Shown: positions 42,453-51,927 of the stretch, in pieces
Layout: each line of letters opens with the position of its first letter
Position numbering within the stretch: the first letter of the stretch is position 1
Assembly (NCBI GenBank): GCA_044220955.1
Contig: JBGAQA010000019.1
Coordinates: 1-64,000 of the forward strand
Direction: 5' to 3'
Origin: Sandaracinaceae bacterium
GTDB taxonomy: Bacteria > Myxococcota_A > Polyangia > Polyangiales > Sandaracinaceae
DNA: 64,000 bases
The notes under the pieces: model-generated
Told to the model about the DNA's origin: nothing
Database searches by the model: none
The model's input: only the letters and a program-made list of their open reading frames with translations
Position numbers and translations under genes: made by a program

Positions 42453-44192
42453 GTGAGCGGGAAGCCGGCCGAGCGGAGCAGCGCGGGGATCGACGGCCCC
42501 GCTTCGCCGGGCACGCGAGCCGGGCGCCCCGCGCTCGGGAGCGAGCGGACCGCGCTCTGGCTCACAGCAGTGACGCTCGGGGTCGCGACGCTGGCGCTCG
42601 CGTGGCCGCTGCTCACGTGCGCGTGGCTGCCCTTCACGGACTACCCGCAGCACCTCGGGACGATCGCGGCGATCCACGGGCAGGGCAACCCGGACATCGC
42701 GCGGTACTTCGTCGTCGACTACTTCCGCAGCCAGTACCTCGTCCTCTACGTGCTCGGCGACTGGCTCGCGTACCCGTTCGGCGTCGAGGGGGCCGGGCGC
42801 GCGACCGCGATCCTGTCGATCGCGACCCTGCCGCTCGCGCTCGCGCTCTACCTCCGCGAGCACGGGCGACCCGCGATCCTCGCCGCCGTCGCCGCCGGCA
42901 TCGCGATGCACGTGTACGTGTTCTGGGGGTTCCTGAACTACTCGGCCGGCATGGTGACGGGCCTGGTCGCGCTGGCCGCGATGACGCGCCTGCACCGCGC
43001 GCCGGACGGCAAGAGCGCGCTCCTGCTCGCCCTCGCGGCGCTCGGCTGCTTCTACTCGCACGCGCAGCTCTTCCTCTGGTTCGGCCTGGCGTGCGTCGTG
43101 CAGACGCTCTTCCTCGCGCCCGCCTCCGGCTGGAGGCACGCGTCCAAGGTCGCCGGCATCGGGGCGCTCGCCGCGCTGCCCTCGGTGCTCGCGGTCTACG
43201 CGTGGCTGCACTACTCGAACGTGGTCGAGCAGGGCGAGGCGGGGAGCCGCTCGGGCCTGGCCGCGCAGGTGAGCGACGCGCCGCCGAGCTTCTCGCCGAT
43301 CGACGAGCTGCTGCGCGACTGGCTCTCGCACTCGTTCTCGTCGTTCAACGACCACGCCGGCGAGCAGCTCGCGCTCGCGATGCTCTCGCTGGTCCTCGTG
43401 CTGGTCGCCCTGCGCGGCGCCCCCGCGCAGCGAGCCGCCGCGACGGCGCCGGAGCCCGCGCCGGCCGCAGCGTTCTCGTGGCGGCAGTTCTGGGCCTACC
43501 GGGCCCCCCTCGCGGCGCCGTACGCGTCGCACGCGCCGGAGGCGGTGGTCGCGCTGACCTTCGCGCTGTACCTCTTCGCGCCCTTCAGCTACCGCTACAT
43601 CGAGCCCATCAACCACCGCTTCTTGCCGATGGCGATCGCGCTCCTGCCCATCCTCGGGCCGCTGGCGCTGTCGGCGCGCGCTCGCTGGCTCGTCGCGGTG
43701 CTCTCGTGCGCCCTCTCGGTGCAGGTCGCCTCGATCCACGTCGCGCACTTCGCGGAGACCGACGAGGAGATGGGCGACCTCGGCGCCGTCCTCGAGCAGA
43801 CGCGGCCGGGCCACCGGCTGCTGGGGCTCGTCTACGATCGTCAGAGCGCCGTCGTGAGCTCCCCCATCTACCTGCACGCCCACCAGTACTACCAGGCGCG
43901 CGTCGGGGGCCTCGCGTGCTTCAGCTTCGTGGAGTTCCCGAAGTCGCCGGTGCTGTACCGCCCGGGGACCGAGCCGCCGCCCTTCCCGCCGCGCTTCGAG
44001 TGGATGCCAGAGAGCTACGACCACCACGTGTACGGGGACGCGTTCGACTACTGGCTCGTGCGCCACGCGGCGCACCGGGCCATGCCGCCGCCCTTCCACG
44101 CGCCTTCACCGACCGGCGCCCCGACGCCCGTCCTGGTCTTCGAGGCCGACCACTGGAGCCTCTACGCGCGACCCGACCTGGCGACGGAATGA
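42453..44192 (+). CDS. Polytopic membrane protein, possibly a GT-C-fold glycosyltransferase
   Basis: About 10 or more TM helices; first-loop PFTDYPQH; WGFLNY; soluble C-terminal domain. Function is inferred. Confidence 0.65.
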   Translation: MSGKPAERSSAGIDGPASPGTRAGRPALGSERTALWLTAVTLGVATLALAWPLLTCAWLPFTDYPQHLGTIAAIHGQGNPDIARYFVVDYFRSQYLVLYVLGDWLAYPFGVEGAGRATAILSIATLPLALALYLREHGRPAILAAVAAGIAMHVYVFWGFLNYSAGMVTGLVALAAMTRLHRAPDGKSALLLALAALGCFYSHAQLFLWFGLACVVQTLFLAPASGWRHASKVAGIGALAALPSVLAVYAWLHYSNVVEQGEAGSRSGLAAQVSDAPPSFSPIDELLRDWLSHSFSSFNDHAGEQLALAMLSLVLVLVALRGAPAQRAAATAPEPAPAAAFSWRQFWAYRAPLAAPYASHAPEAVVALTFALYLFAPFSYRYIEPINHRFLPMAIALLPILGPLALSARARWLVAVLSCALSVQVASIHVAHFAETDEEMGDLGAVLEQTRPGHRLLGLVYDRQSAVVSSPIYLHAHQYYQARVGGLACFSFVEFPKSPVLYRPGTEPPPFPPRFEWMPESYDHHVYGDAFDYWLVRHAAHRAMPPPFHAPSPTGAPTPVLVFEADHWSLYARPDLATE

Positions 44193-44217
44193 AAACGGCG
44201 GGCACGAGGCCCGCCGT
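44192..44217 (-). terminator. Rho-independent terminator for the small minus-strand gene
   Basis: Perfect 9-bp stem ACGGCGGGC/GCCCGCCGT, 5-nt loop, short T run on the minus strand. Confidence 0.7.
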
Positions 44218-44236
44218 CCCGACCTGGCGCGCGCGA

Positions 44237-44443
44237 TCACTCCGCGGCGACGTCCTCCGGAGCTCCCTCCGGAGCCACGCGGAGGTCGGTCGAGACCAGC
44301 GAGAGCATCTCGGTGGCGAACGCCAGGATGTCCGACCGGCTGTAGCCACTGCTCTTCAGCTCGCGGAACGTGGACTTCGCGAGGATGCGCAGCGCCCGAG
44401 GCTGGGACGGGGTGGACTCTGCTGCGCTACGGGAATCACTCAT
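44237..44443 (-). CDS. Small (68 aa) helical hypothetical protein
   Basis: AGGAGG RBS 7 nt before the ATG; MSDSRS..RILAKSTFRELKSSGYSRSDILAFATEMLSLV. Confidence 0.8.
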   Translation of the reverse strand: MSDSRSAAESTPSQPRALRILAKSTFRELKSSGYSRSDILAFATEMLSLVSTDLRVAPEGAPEDVAAE

Positions 44444-44473
44444 CGATGGGCCTCCTGGGGACCTGCCGGTAGG

Positions 44474-44490
44474 AGCAGTGTATGTGCCAG
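44474..44490 (-). promoter_or_regulatory. Sigma54 (-24/-12) promoter CTGGCACATACACTGCT
   Basis: TGGCAC-N5-CTGC with GG-N10-GC spacing, about 30 bp upstream of the ATG. Confidence 0.75.
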
Positions 44491-44734
44491 CGCCCGGCCG
44501 CTTCGATAAGCCACCTGGTTTCAGCCACTTGGGTCCATTCTCTGACCGGCCGACCGGCCGGTATTGCGATCTGTGCGCACGGGAATTCGCACCTGTGGCC
44601 TCGTGGCCGCGCAACCGGCTACGCACTTCTCCCCGGCGCGCAGGGCATGACGCGGCGATCACGCTCGACACCTGATCAGCAGAAATGCGTCGGCTCGCCG
44701 CTCCGGGGCCTCCGTGGCGAGTCTCCTGTCGTGA

Positions 44735-47700
44735 TCAGTCGTCGTGCGTCGTCTTGTCGACCTCGCCCGGCGCGTCGGTCGTCGGTGCCTCACCGTCGGG
44801 CGGCTCGGGGGTCTCGACCATGTCGCTGTGCGAGGTCGTCAGGCGCGCCTCGACGTAGCGGCGCATCTCGGTGAGCGCCGTGCCGTACTCCCCCTCGTTG
44901 TCGTAGGCGCGCGCGAGGAAGTAGTGCACCTCGGGGTGCGTCGCGCAGTAGTCCTCCTCGGTGCGCGTGAGATCCTCGAGCGTCTCGGCCGCCGCGCGGA
45001 ACTGGGAGAACGACCCCTCCGCGGCCTTGAACAGGAGGTAGCCGTAGAGGAAGCGCATCGAGGGTCCGCTGTGCAGCCGGAGCGGCGACGGGATCTCTTC
45101 CATCGCCGCGAGCGCCGCGCCGAACTGCCCGCGATCGACCGCCGCGCGCACCTCGTCGAAGCCGATGAGCAGCTGCTCGGCCGTGTCGTGATCCATCTCG
45201 GGCCCCGGGATCGGGGCTTCGATGCGGATCGGCGGCTCGTTCTCGTTGGTGAGCAGGTGCGTGAGCACCTCGAGCGCGACGGCCGTCTCGCGCGCCCGGC
45301 CGGCGTGCTGAGACTGCTCGATGAAGTCGGCCGCGAGCTCGTAGCGGCCGTGGCCGATGAGGGACATCGCGAGCTCGGCCAGGTTGCGGGCGCGCGTGTC
45401 CCCCTCGCCGAAGTTCTCGATCAGATCCTCGACGCGCCCGAAGGGCCACTCCGCCGAGTACACGGTCGTGAGATAGCCCTCGTAGCGCTCGAAGCCGATG
45501 AGGTCGCGCGGCGCGCCGAACTCGATGCGGGCGTTGTCGTCCGTGTTGATCGGGGCCGCGTAGCGCCGGCAGTCGTCCGCCTCGCACGTCCGGGTGTTCG
45601 TGCTCGCGAAGTCCGGCTCCCACGTGTCGCCGTGCCGCCGCTCCTCGATCTGCGTGTACGTCATCACCTCGTCGCGACTGGCGAGCAGCACGCGCGCGAA
45701 GACGTCGTAGGGCGTGTGCAGGTACGCACGCTCGAGCTGGTCGGGGACGCTCATCCGGCCCGGGACCGCCTCGAGCTGCCAGACGCGCTGCATGCGCTCG
45801 AGATCGAACGTGAGCGGCGCGTCCGAGCCGAGCACCACGGTGTCGCTCGAGCGATCGTCGGCCGCGAACACGGTGACGTAGCGATACACCTGCGCGAACG
45901 TGCGGAAGATGGTCTTGATGTTCTCGGGGCTCATCTCGTAGAGCTGCACCCACTGGCAGTAGATGCCGCCGGGCCGCAGGCGCCGCTTCGCGATCCGGAA
46001 GTGATCGATCGTGAAGAGGTCGGAGACGCCCGTGATCCACGGGTTCGAGGGCTCGGAGATGATGACGTCGTACGAGCGGTCGGTGCTCGCGAGGTAGTTG
46101 CGGCCGTCGTCGTTGATGACCGTGAGCCGGTCCATCTGCACGAAGGGGAAGTGGTCGAGCTGGTACTCGAGCAGGTTCACGTCCTCGAAGAAGCGCGCCG
46201 CCTCGGGGATCGATCGCTCGAGCTCGATGACGTCGACGGAGTGGACCGGGAACGAGAGCGTCGTGCCGACCGTGACGCCCGACCCGAAGCCGATGACGGC
46301 GACGTCGAGGTCGGTCGGCCCCTGCGGGTGCATCAGCATCGGGTACGCCGAGACCGTGATCTGCGTCGGCATGTCGTCGCCGTTGCTGGCGTCGACCTTG
46401 CCGTTGTTCTTGAGCGCGTAGTGGCGGCCCCAGCGCTCGACGGTGACCGTCGTGGACAGACCGTCGTGGTAGTAGACGAGGTCCGGCTGGCCCCAGCTCT
46501 GCGGGTCCAGCATGCCCTCGGCGAGCGAGACGCGGAACACGCCGAGCGTCATCTGCGTCTGGTTCCAGCGCAGGATCGAGTCCGGGCGCGCGGTCCCCAG
46601 CCAGAGCAGCGCGAGCAGCGCCGGGATCAGCGGCGAGAGCACGTAGACGGTGATCGCGTGCCACATCGGCAGCTCGCCCGCGCCCTTCGGCGGGGGCGTC
46701 GAGCGGTACGTCTTGGCGTCGTCGAGAAGGAGCCAGGTCACGCCCGTGACGAACGCGCCGAAGGCGATCGTGCCGAGCGTGGCGTTGAGGCGCGCCGAGG
46801 TGTCGATCGCCGAGAGCTGCGAGACGACGACCGCCGCGGCGATACCGAGCACGGGCACACCGATGCGGATCCCCTGGCTCACGCGCGGGCTCATCGCCCG
46901 CCCCTTCGCGCCGTCCTTGTCGGGCTCGGCCGCGCCCGCGATCAGCATGAAGAGGGCGAGCAGCATGTTCAAGACGATGCCCGCGTGCAGGGTCCGCTCC
47001 ATGCCGATGGCCGGCATCAGCACGAAGCCCGGCAGCCACGAGCCGACGATCGAGCCGAACGTGTTGCCCGTGTAGACGACGGACACGTCCTTCGCGATGC
47101 CCTGGCCGCCGGCGGTCCAGAGCCGGATCGTCAGGGGGAACATCGCGCCCATGCCGAGGGTCGCCGGCAGCGTGCAGAGGATCGCCGTGACGAGCATGAA
47201 GAACTGCACGGTGCCGACGTGGCTCGGCAGGTCGCCGACGCCGACGACGAGCTGCGCGAACGCGTACGGGACCTCGTCCTGCCAGATGTACGACACCACG
47301 GTCGCGAGGCCGATGTAGAGCTGCACGACCGCGAGGAGCAGCACCGGCGAGCGGCGCAGGAGCAGCATGGCCGCCGTGAAGACGGCGACCGCGGCGACGA
47401 GCGACGCCACGATCTTCGGGAAGTAGCCCGAGTGGAAGTACGCGAGGTTCAGGCCCGCCGCCGTCAGCGGGACCAGCACCATCACGAGGCCCGGCGCGGT
47501 GATGTCGGCCGTCGCGCCCGGCTCGAGCACCTCGGCCGCGGCCTGCAGGCGCTGCGCGTACATGTACGTGCCGAGCAGCAGCACGAGCGGCAGGAGCGAG
47601 ACCGCGAGCCAGGTGAAGACGCTCCCGGGGTGCGTGACGTCGTCGATGCCGAAGTCGACGGCCCAGGGCGTGTTGGCGAGGAGCGTGAGCGCGAAGGCGG

Positions 47701-48874
47701 TGACGGCGACGCCGATGAGCGGCCGCTGCGTATCCTTGCCGAGGAACGCGCTCATCGCGGCGGCGCCGGACGCGATGCCGATCAGGAAGGCCTCGAGCGT
47801 CAGCGCGAAGCCGTAGATCGAGCTGCCGTTGCACATGGCGAGCGCGCGCGACCACACGACCTCGGAGCAGAGCGCCGCCATGCCGGACGCCGCGAAGCAG
47901 ACGAAGGCCATTCGTCGCGCGATCGGCGGCACCCAGATGTCGCCGGTCGGCGCCTTGCTCGGGGCGGCAGCCTCGCCAGTCCCGGGATCGGCGAACGGGT
48001 TGGGCGCCGTCGTGTCGGGCGTCGCCTCCGCCTCGACGGCCTTGCGGGCGGCCTTCTTGCCGCTCTTCTTGGTCTTGGCGCGGGCGCTCTTGCTCTCGGG
48101 CTCTCCCTCGGGAGGGGGCGCGGCCTGCGCCTCGGCGACGGCGGCCGCCGCGCTCGCCACGTCCGTCGGCGCGTCCAGCACTTCCTTGCCCGGCAGCACC
48201 TCGAGCTTCACCCCGCTGCCCCACTTGCTGCCGATCAGCTGCTCGCGGAGGCCGAAGATCATCAGGGCGAGCGAGAGGTTCATCGAGCACGCGACGACGT
48301 TGGTGATCGAGAGCCCGACGTTCGGGAGCAGCAAGAACGCCGAGAGCACGGGGCCGGTGGCGGCGCCGAACGTGTTGAGCGCGTAGAGCACGCCCACGTT
48401 CCGGCTCGCGGTCTCGGAGTCGCTCTCGTGGCTCACGAAGTGCCGCGTCAAGAGCGGCAAGGTCGAGCCCATCAGCGTCGTGGGCACGATGAGGATCGGC
48501 ACGACGCAGAGGAAGCGCGCGATCATGAAGATGCTCGAGTCGGCGCCGTACGTCGTGCGCAGCCACGCGTTGACCGACGAGAGCCAGCCGTCCGACTGGA
48601 CCATGAAGGGGATCAGCAGGCCCCACACCGCCACGCCGAGCTCGGCGATCGCGTAGGTGAAGATCGGGTGCTTGATGCGGTTGGCGATCCGCCCGGAGAG
48701 CCAGGTCCCCAGGCCGAGGCCGGCCATGAACACCGTGAGCACCGTGCTGATCGCGACCGAAGTCGCGCCGAACACGTGGTGCAGCATGCGCGTCCAGATC
48801 GTCTGGAAGATCAGCGAGGAGGCCCCCGAGAGGAAGAACGCCAGGTAGGGGGCGAAGCGCATCAGCTTTTTCAC
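44735..48874 (-). CDS. Fused MFS-like membrane domain / spermidine synthase-like SAM-binding domain with TPR-like tail
   Basis: FFLSGASSLIFQTIWTR membrane repeats; NGKVDAS, IGFGSGVT, DGRNYL, ISEPSNPW. Start is GTG 48874 or ATG 48862. Confidence 0.9.
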   Translation of the reverse strand: MKKLMRFAPYLAFFLSGASSLIFQTIWTRMLHHVFGATSVAISTVLTVFMAGLGLGTWLSGRIANRIKHPIFTYAIAELGVAVWGLLIPFMVQSDGWLSSVNAWLRTTYGADSSIFMIARFLCVVPILIVPTTLMGSTLPLLTRHFVSHESDSETASRNVGVLYALNTFGAATGPVLSAFLLLPNVGLSITNVVACSMNLSLALMIFGLREQLIGSKWGSGVKLEVLPGKEVLDAPTDVASAAAAVAEAQAAPPPEGEPESKSARAKTKKSGKKAARKAVEAEATPDTTAPNPFADPGTGEAAAPSKAPTGDIWVPPIARRMAFVCFAASGMAALCSEVVWSRALAMCNGSSIYGFALTLEAFLIGIASGAAAMSAFLGKDTQRPLIGVAVTAFALTLLANTPWAVDFGIDDVTHPGSVFTWLAVSLLPLVLLLGTYMYAQRLQAAAEVLEPGATADITAPGLVMVLVPLTAAGLNLAYFHSGYFPKIVASLVAAVAVFTAAMLLLRRSPVLLLAVVQLYIGLATVVSYIWQDEVPYAFAQLVVGVGDLPSHVGTVQFFMLVTAILCTLPATLGMGAMFPLTIRLWTAGGQGIAKDVSVVYTGNTFGSIVGSWLPGFVLMPAIGMERTLHAGIVLNMLLALFMLIAGAAEPDKDGAKGRAMSPRVSQGIRIGVPVLGIAAAVVVSQLSAIDTSARLNATLGTIAFGAFVTGVTWLLLDDAKTYRSTPPPKGAGELPMWHAITVYVLSPLIPALLALLWLGTARPDSILRWNQTQMTLGVFRVSLAEGMLDPQSWGQPDLVYYHDGLSTTVTVERWGRHYALKNNGKVDASNGDDMPTQITVSAYPMLMHPQGPTDLDVAVIGFGSGVTVGTTLSFPVHSVDVIELERSIPEAARFFEDVNLLEYQLDHFPFVQMDRLTVINDDGRNYLASTDRSYDVIISEPSNPWITGVSDLFTIDHFRIAKRRLRPGGIYCQWVQLYEMSPENIKTIFRTFAQVYRYVTVFAADDRSSDTVVLGSDAPLTFDLERMQRVWQLEAVPGRMSVPDQLERAYLHTPYDVFARVLLASRDEVMTYTQIEERRHGDTWEPDFASTNTRTCEADDCRRYAAPINTDDNARIEFGAPRDLIGFERYEGYLTTVYSAEWPFGRVEDLIENFGEGDTRARNLAELAMSLIGHGRYELAADFIEQSQHAGRARETAVALEVLTHLLTNENEPPIRIEAPIPGPEMDHDTAEQLLIGFDEVRAAVDRGQFGAALAAMEEIPSPLRLHSGPSMRFLYGYLLFKAAEGSFSQFRAAAETLEDLTRTEEDYCATHPEVHYFLARAYDNEGEYGTALTEMRRYVEARLTTSHSDMVETPEPPDGEAPTTDAPGEVDKTTHDD

Positions 48875-49007
48875 GGTCTTCTCCGGGCCTGACGAAAAGG
48901 CGCGCGAGTATAGGAGGGAACGCGGAAATGTCGCGCGGCGCAGCGCGCGCTCGCCGCGTCCTGCCCTCGCGGAGCCGGCACGGCCGGGCCCGCGAGCACG
49001 CCGCGGA

Positions 49008-51599
49008 TCAGCGGCGCTCGCGCTCCGCGCGGACCACGAAGCGCTCGCCGCCACGCGTGAGCACGAGCAGCGCGGGCCCCGCCCCGATGAGTCCCGCCGG
49101 TCCCTCGTGGCCGTCGACCGAGACCAGCACGTCGCCGATGCGGACGCCCGCGCGCTCGGCCGACGATCCGCGGGCGACCGCCGTGACGGCCCCGAGTTCG
49201 TCCAGCGAGACGGCCACGGCGCGGACGCGGGCGCCGCTCGGGGCGACCGGCGCCGCATCTGCACGGCCCGGCAGGTGCGCGATCACCGCCACGTCGTCAC
49301 GGCCTCGCGCCACGCGGCGCGCGAGGTCGAGCGCACCCGCCGAGGGATGCGTGACGTGCAGCACGACGTCCCCCGCCGGCACCGCGGTGAGCGCGAAGTG
49401 GCCGTGCGCGTCGGTCATGACGGCGGGCAGCCCGTCGACGCGGATGGACGCGCCCTCGAGCACCGATCCGAGACGATCGACGACGTCGCCCTCGACCCGC
49501 TGCCCCGGATCGAGCGCGACCGGGTCGAGCTCCACCTCGCCGCCGCGAGCGAGGCGCACGAGCACGGATTCCTCTACCGTGACGTAGCCGCCGGCCTCGA
49601 CACGCATCGCGTACGCGCCCGGGCGCAAGCGCGGCAGTGCGAAGCGGCCCTCCGCCCCGGTGGTCGTCTCGCGAGTCAGCGGCGGCAGGGCGTCCGAGAC
49701 CAGCAAGATCTGCGCGCCCGCGAGCGGCTCGCCCGACCACGTGTCCGTCACGACCCCGACTGCCCGCACGGACGGCTGCACTTCGATCTCGACCTCGTCG
49801 AGCGAGGTGACGTCCACGCTGGTCCCCATCGCGAAGTCGCCCTGATCGACCGTGACACGGAGCGGCGGCGCGGGGACCGACGCGAGCGCGAAGGTCCCGT
49901 CCTCGGCCGAGAACGCGGTGCGCAGGATGGGCGTGCCGGGACGCAGCGCCTCGACCCGCAGCTGGGCGTTCTCCACCGGGAAACCGCGCGCGTCGACGAC
50001 GCGCCCCGAGAGGCGCAGGCCGGCCGGATCGAGCGTGAGCCGGGTCTCTCGCGTCGCGCCGCTCGCCACGGTCGCGCGCACCTCCGCCGGCGCCCGGTCG
50101 ACCGGCAGCGCGCGCACGAGGGTCTCGCCCGTGGCCGCGATCGAGAACGCGCCCTGCGCATCCGTGAACGCGATCGTCGGCCAGGGATCGCGCTCGCTCC
50201 GCGCCTCGATGCGCACGTCGGCGACCGCGTCGCCACGCTCGTCGACGACGACGCCGCGCAGCGTGCCGGCGGGCGCGAGCACGACCTCGATGCCGCCGGT
50301 CGTCTCCCCGCCGCTCACGCGCAGGCGCTCGCTCGCGCCGGTCGCGAAGCCCGCCTGCCGCGCGAGCACCTCGACCTGCCCGGGCGCGACGCCCTCGACG
50401 TGGAAGGTGCCGTCGAGGCCGGTGCGATAGCTCGCGAGGTGGACGGCCGACGGAAGCTCCGCGGGCAGCGACGCCGAGCTCGCGAGCGCCGCGATCGGGA
50501 TCGGCGGGACGTCCGCCGTGACCTCGAGGCGGCCGGGATCGGCGCTCGGGTCGGGCGAGCGCGAGGGCGCTTCCGAGACGGCGATCGGCTGACCGTCCTC
50601 GGTCTCGCCCCAGACCTCGATCTGCGCGCCGGCGATCGGCTGCCGGTCCTGATCGAGCACCCGCCCCTCGATCGCACCGGTCCGGCGCAGGCGAAGGGTG
50701 AGGTCGCTGCCACGCCACGTCTCGCCGACGAGCGATACGCGCCCCTCGGCGCGCGCCGTGACGATCGCGTCCACGCCCGCGCGGAGACCCTCCACGTGGA
50801 ACGCGCCCGTCGCGTCGCTGCGCACGATCCTCGGCGTCGACGACAGCGAGGACTCGGCGACGACGATCTCGGCGTTCGCGATCGGCTCGCCGGTCGCGTC
50901 GTCGACCACCGTGCCGCCGAGCGTACGCCCCGGCGCGAGCGCGAGCGTCAGCACCACGCGCGCCCCCTCCTCGACCACCAGCCCGCGGCGGGGCTCCGCG
51001 GAGGCCAGCGCTCCTCGCGCCTCGACCTCGTAGACACCCGGCGGAACGCTCTCGAACGCGAAGCGCCCGCCCGCGTCCGAGCGCGTGGTGCGCGCGGGCC
51101 AGATGCCGCTGCCGACGATGAGTACGTCCGCCACCGCCGCGGTCCCGTCGACGCCGAGGACCTGGCCGGCGACGCGCGCTGCGACGACGACCCGCAGCTC
51201 GAGCGGCGCGGAGAGCGGCAGCGAGCGGACGGCGCGAGCCTCCGAGAAGCCGGGGGCGCTCGCCGCGACCACCCATCGCTCGTCGGATGCGCCGGGCAGA
51301 GAGAAGGTGCCGTCCGCCGCGCAGTCGACCTCGACACGAGCGCCCGTGGGATCGGCCTCGCGCCACGCCGCGACATGGCCGGGCAGGCCAGCACCGTCGG
51401 GTCCGACGAGGCGGCCGGAGAGCGAGAGCGAGGGTGAGGGCGAGGGTGAGGTGGGGAGCGAGGGTGAGGGCGAGGGCCCCGGCGAGGGTGAGGTGGGGAG
51501 CGAGGGCGCGGGCGGCGCGCCTGGCAGGGCCACCACCAGGAGCAGCACGAGCCCGAGCGTGATCCTGCGCAGCGCGCTTGTGGCTCGGGTCGAATTCAC
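49008..51599 (-). CDS. Exported protein with carboxypeptidase-regulatory-like repeats and a C-terminal PDZ domain
   Basis: Repeated GRVxD..G.P..GA beta-sandwich units; SP linker; SSAERAGVRIGDVLVSVDG. Start approximate. Confidence 0.85.
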   Translation of the reverse strand: MNSTRATSALRRITLGLVLLLVVALPGAPPAPSLPTSPSPGPSPSPSLPTSPSPSPSLSLSGRLVGPDGAGLPGHVAAWREADPTGARVEVDCAADGTFSLPGASDERWVVAASAPGFSEARAVRSLPLSAPLELRVVVAARVAGQVLGVDGTAAVADVLIVGSGIWPARTTRSDAGGRFAFESVPPGVYEVEARGALASAEPRRGLVVEEGARVVLTLALAPGRTLGGTVVDDATGEPIANAEIVVAESSLSSTPRIVRSDATGAFHVEGLRAGVDAIVTARAEGRVSLVGETWRGSDLTLRLRRTGAIEGRVLDQDRQPIAGAQIEVWGETEDGQPIAVSEAPSRSPDPSADPGRLEVTADVPPIPIAALASSASLPAELPSAVHLASYRTGLDGTFHVEGVAPGQVEVLARQAGFATGASERLRVSGGETTGGIEVVLAPAGTLRGVVVDERGDAVADVRIEARSERDPWPTIAFTDAQGAFSIAATGETLVRALPVDRAPAEVRATVASGATRETRLTLDPAGLRLSGRVVDARGFPVENAQLRVEALRPGTPILRTAFSAEDGTFALASVPAPPLRVTVDQGDFAMGTSVDVTSLDEVEIEVQPSVRAVGVVTDTWSGEPLAGAQILLVSDALPPLTRETTTGAEGRFALPRLRPGAYAMRVEAGGYVTVEESVLVRLARGGEVELDPVALDPGQRVEGDVVDRLGSVLEGASIRVDGLPAVMTDAHGHFALTAVPAGDVVLHVTHPSAGALDLARRVARGRDDVAVIAHLPGRADAAPVAPSGARVRAVAVSLDELGAVTAVARGSSAERAGVRIGDVLVSVDGHEGPAGLIGAGPALLVLTRGGERFVVRAERERR

Positions 51600-51657
51600 G
51601 GCGTGACCAGGACGATTGTAACCGACCACGGTATTCCTGCCCTGAAGGAGGAGCTCC

Positions 51658-51686
51658 TTGCCCTGCCCGGGGGCCGATGCTAGGCA
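51658..51686 (+). promoter_or_regulatory. Possible sigma70 promoter of rpmB (TTGCCC-N17-TAGGCA)
   Basis: Correct spacing, 28 bp upstream of the ATG; weak consensus. Confidence 0.35.
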
Positions 51687-51714
51687 TGCGCCCCTTCGGA
51701 GCCAGGAAAGCGTC

Positions 51715-51927
51715 ATGTCCTACCGCTGCGCCGTGTGCGAAAAGGCTGCTCAGGCCGCCCACAACGTGAGCCACTCGAACCGCAAGTCGCGGAAGTGGCA
51801 GACGCCGAACCTGCAGCGCGTTCACGTGGTCCTCGGCGGTAGGCCGACCCACGCGCTCGTCTGCACGCGCTGCATCCGCAGCGGCAAGGTCGCCAAGGCC
51901 GGCGGCGCCGCGCACCACGCGGCTTGA
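51715..51927 (+). CDS. rpmB: 50S ribosomal protein L28 (zinc-ribbon C+ form)
   Basis: CAVC..NVSHSNRKSRKWQTPNLQ..VCTRCIRSGKV. Confidence 0.95.
   Translation: MSYRCAVCEKAAQAAHNVSHSNRKSRKWQTPNLQRVHVVLGGRPTHALVCTRCIRSGKVAKAGGAAHHAA

Noticed and set aside
44744..48892. 1382-aa and 1278-aa alternative-frame ORFs
   Set aside because: Antisense or off-frame shadows of the fused MFS/spermidine synthase gene.
51421..51505. GAGGGT/GAGGGC hexamer tract as another intergenic repeat
   Set aside because: It is in frame within the exported protein and encodes a Ser-Pro linker.
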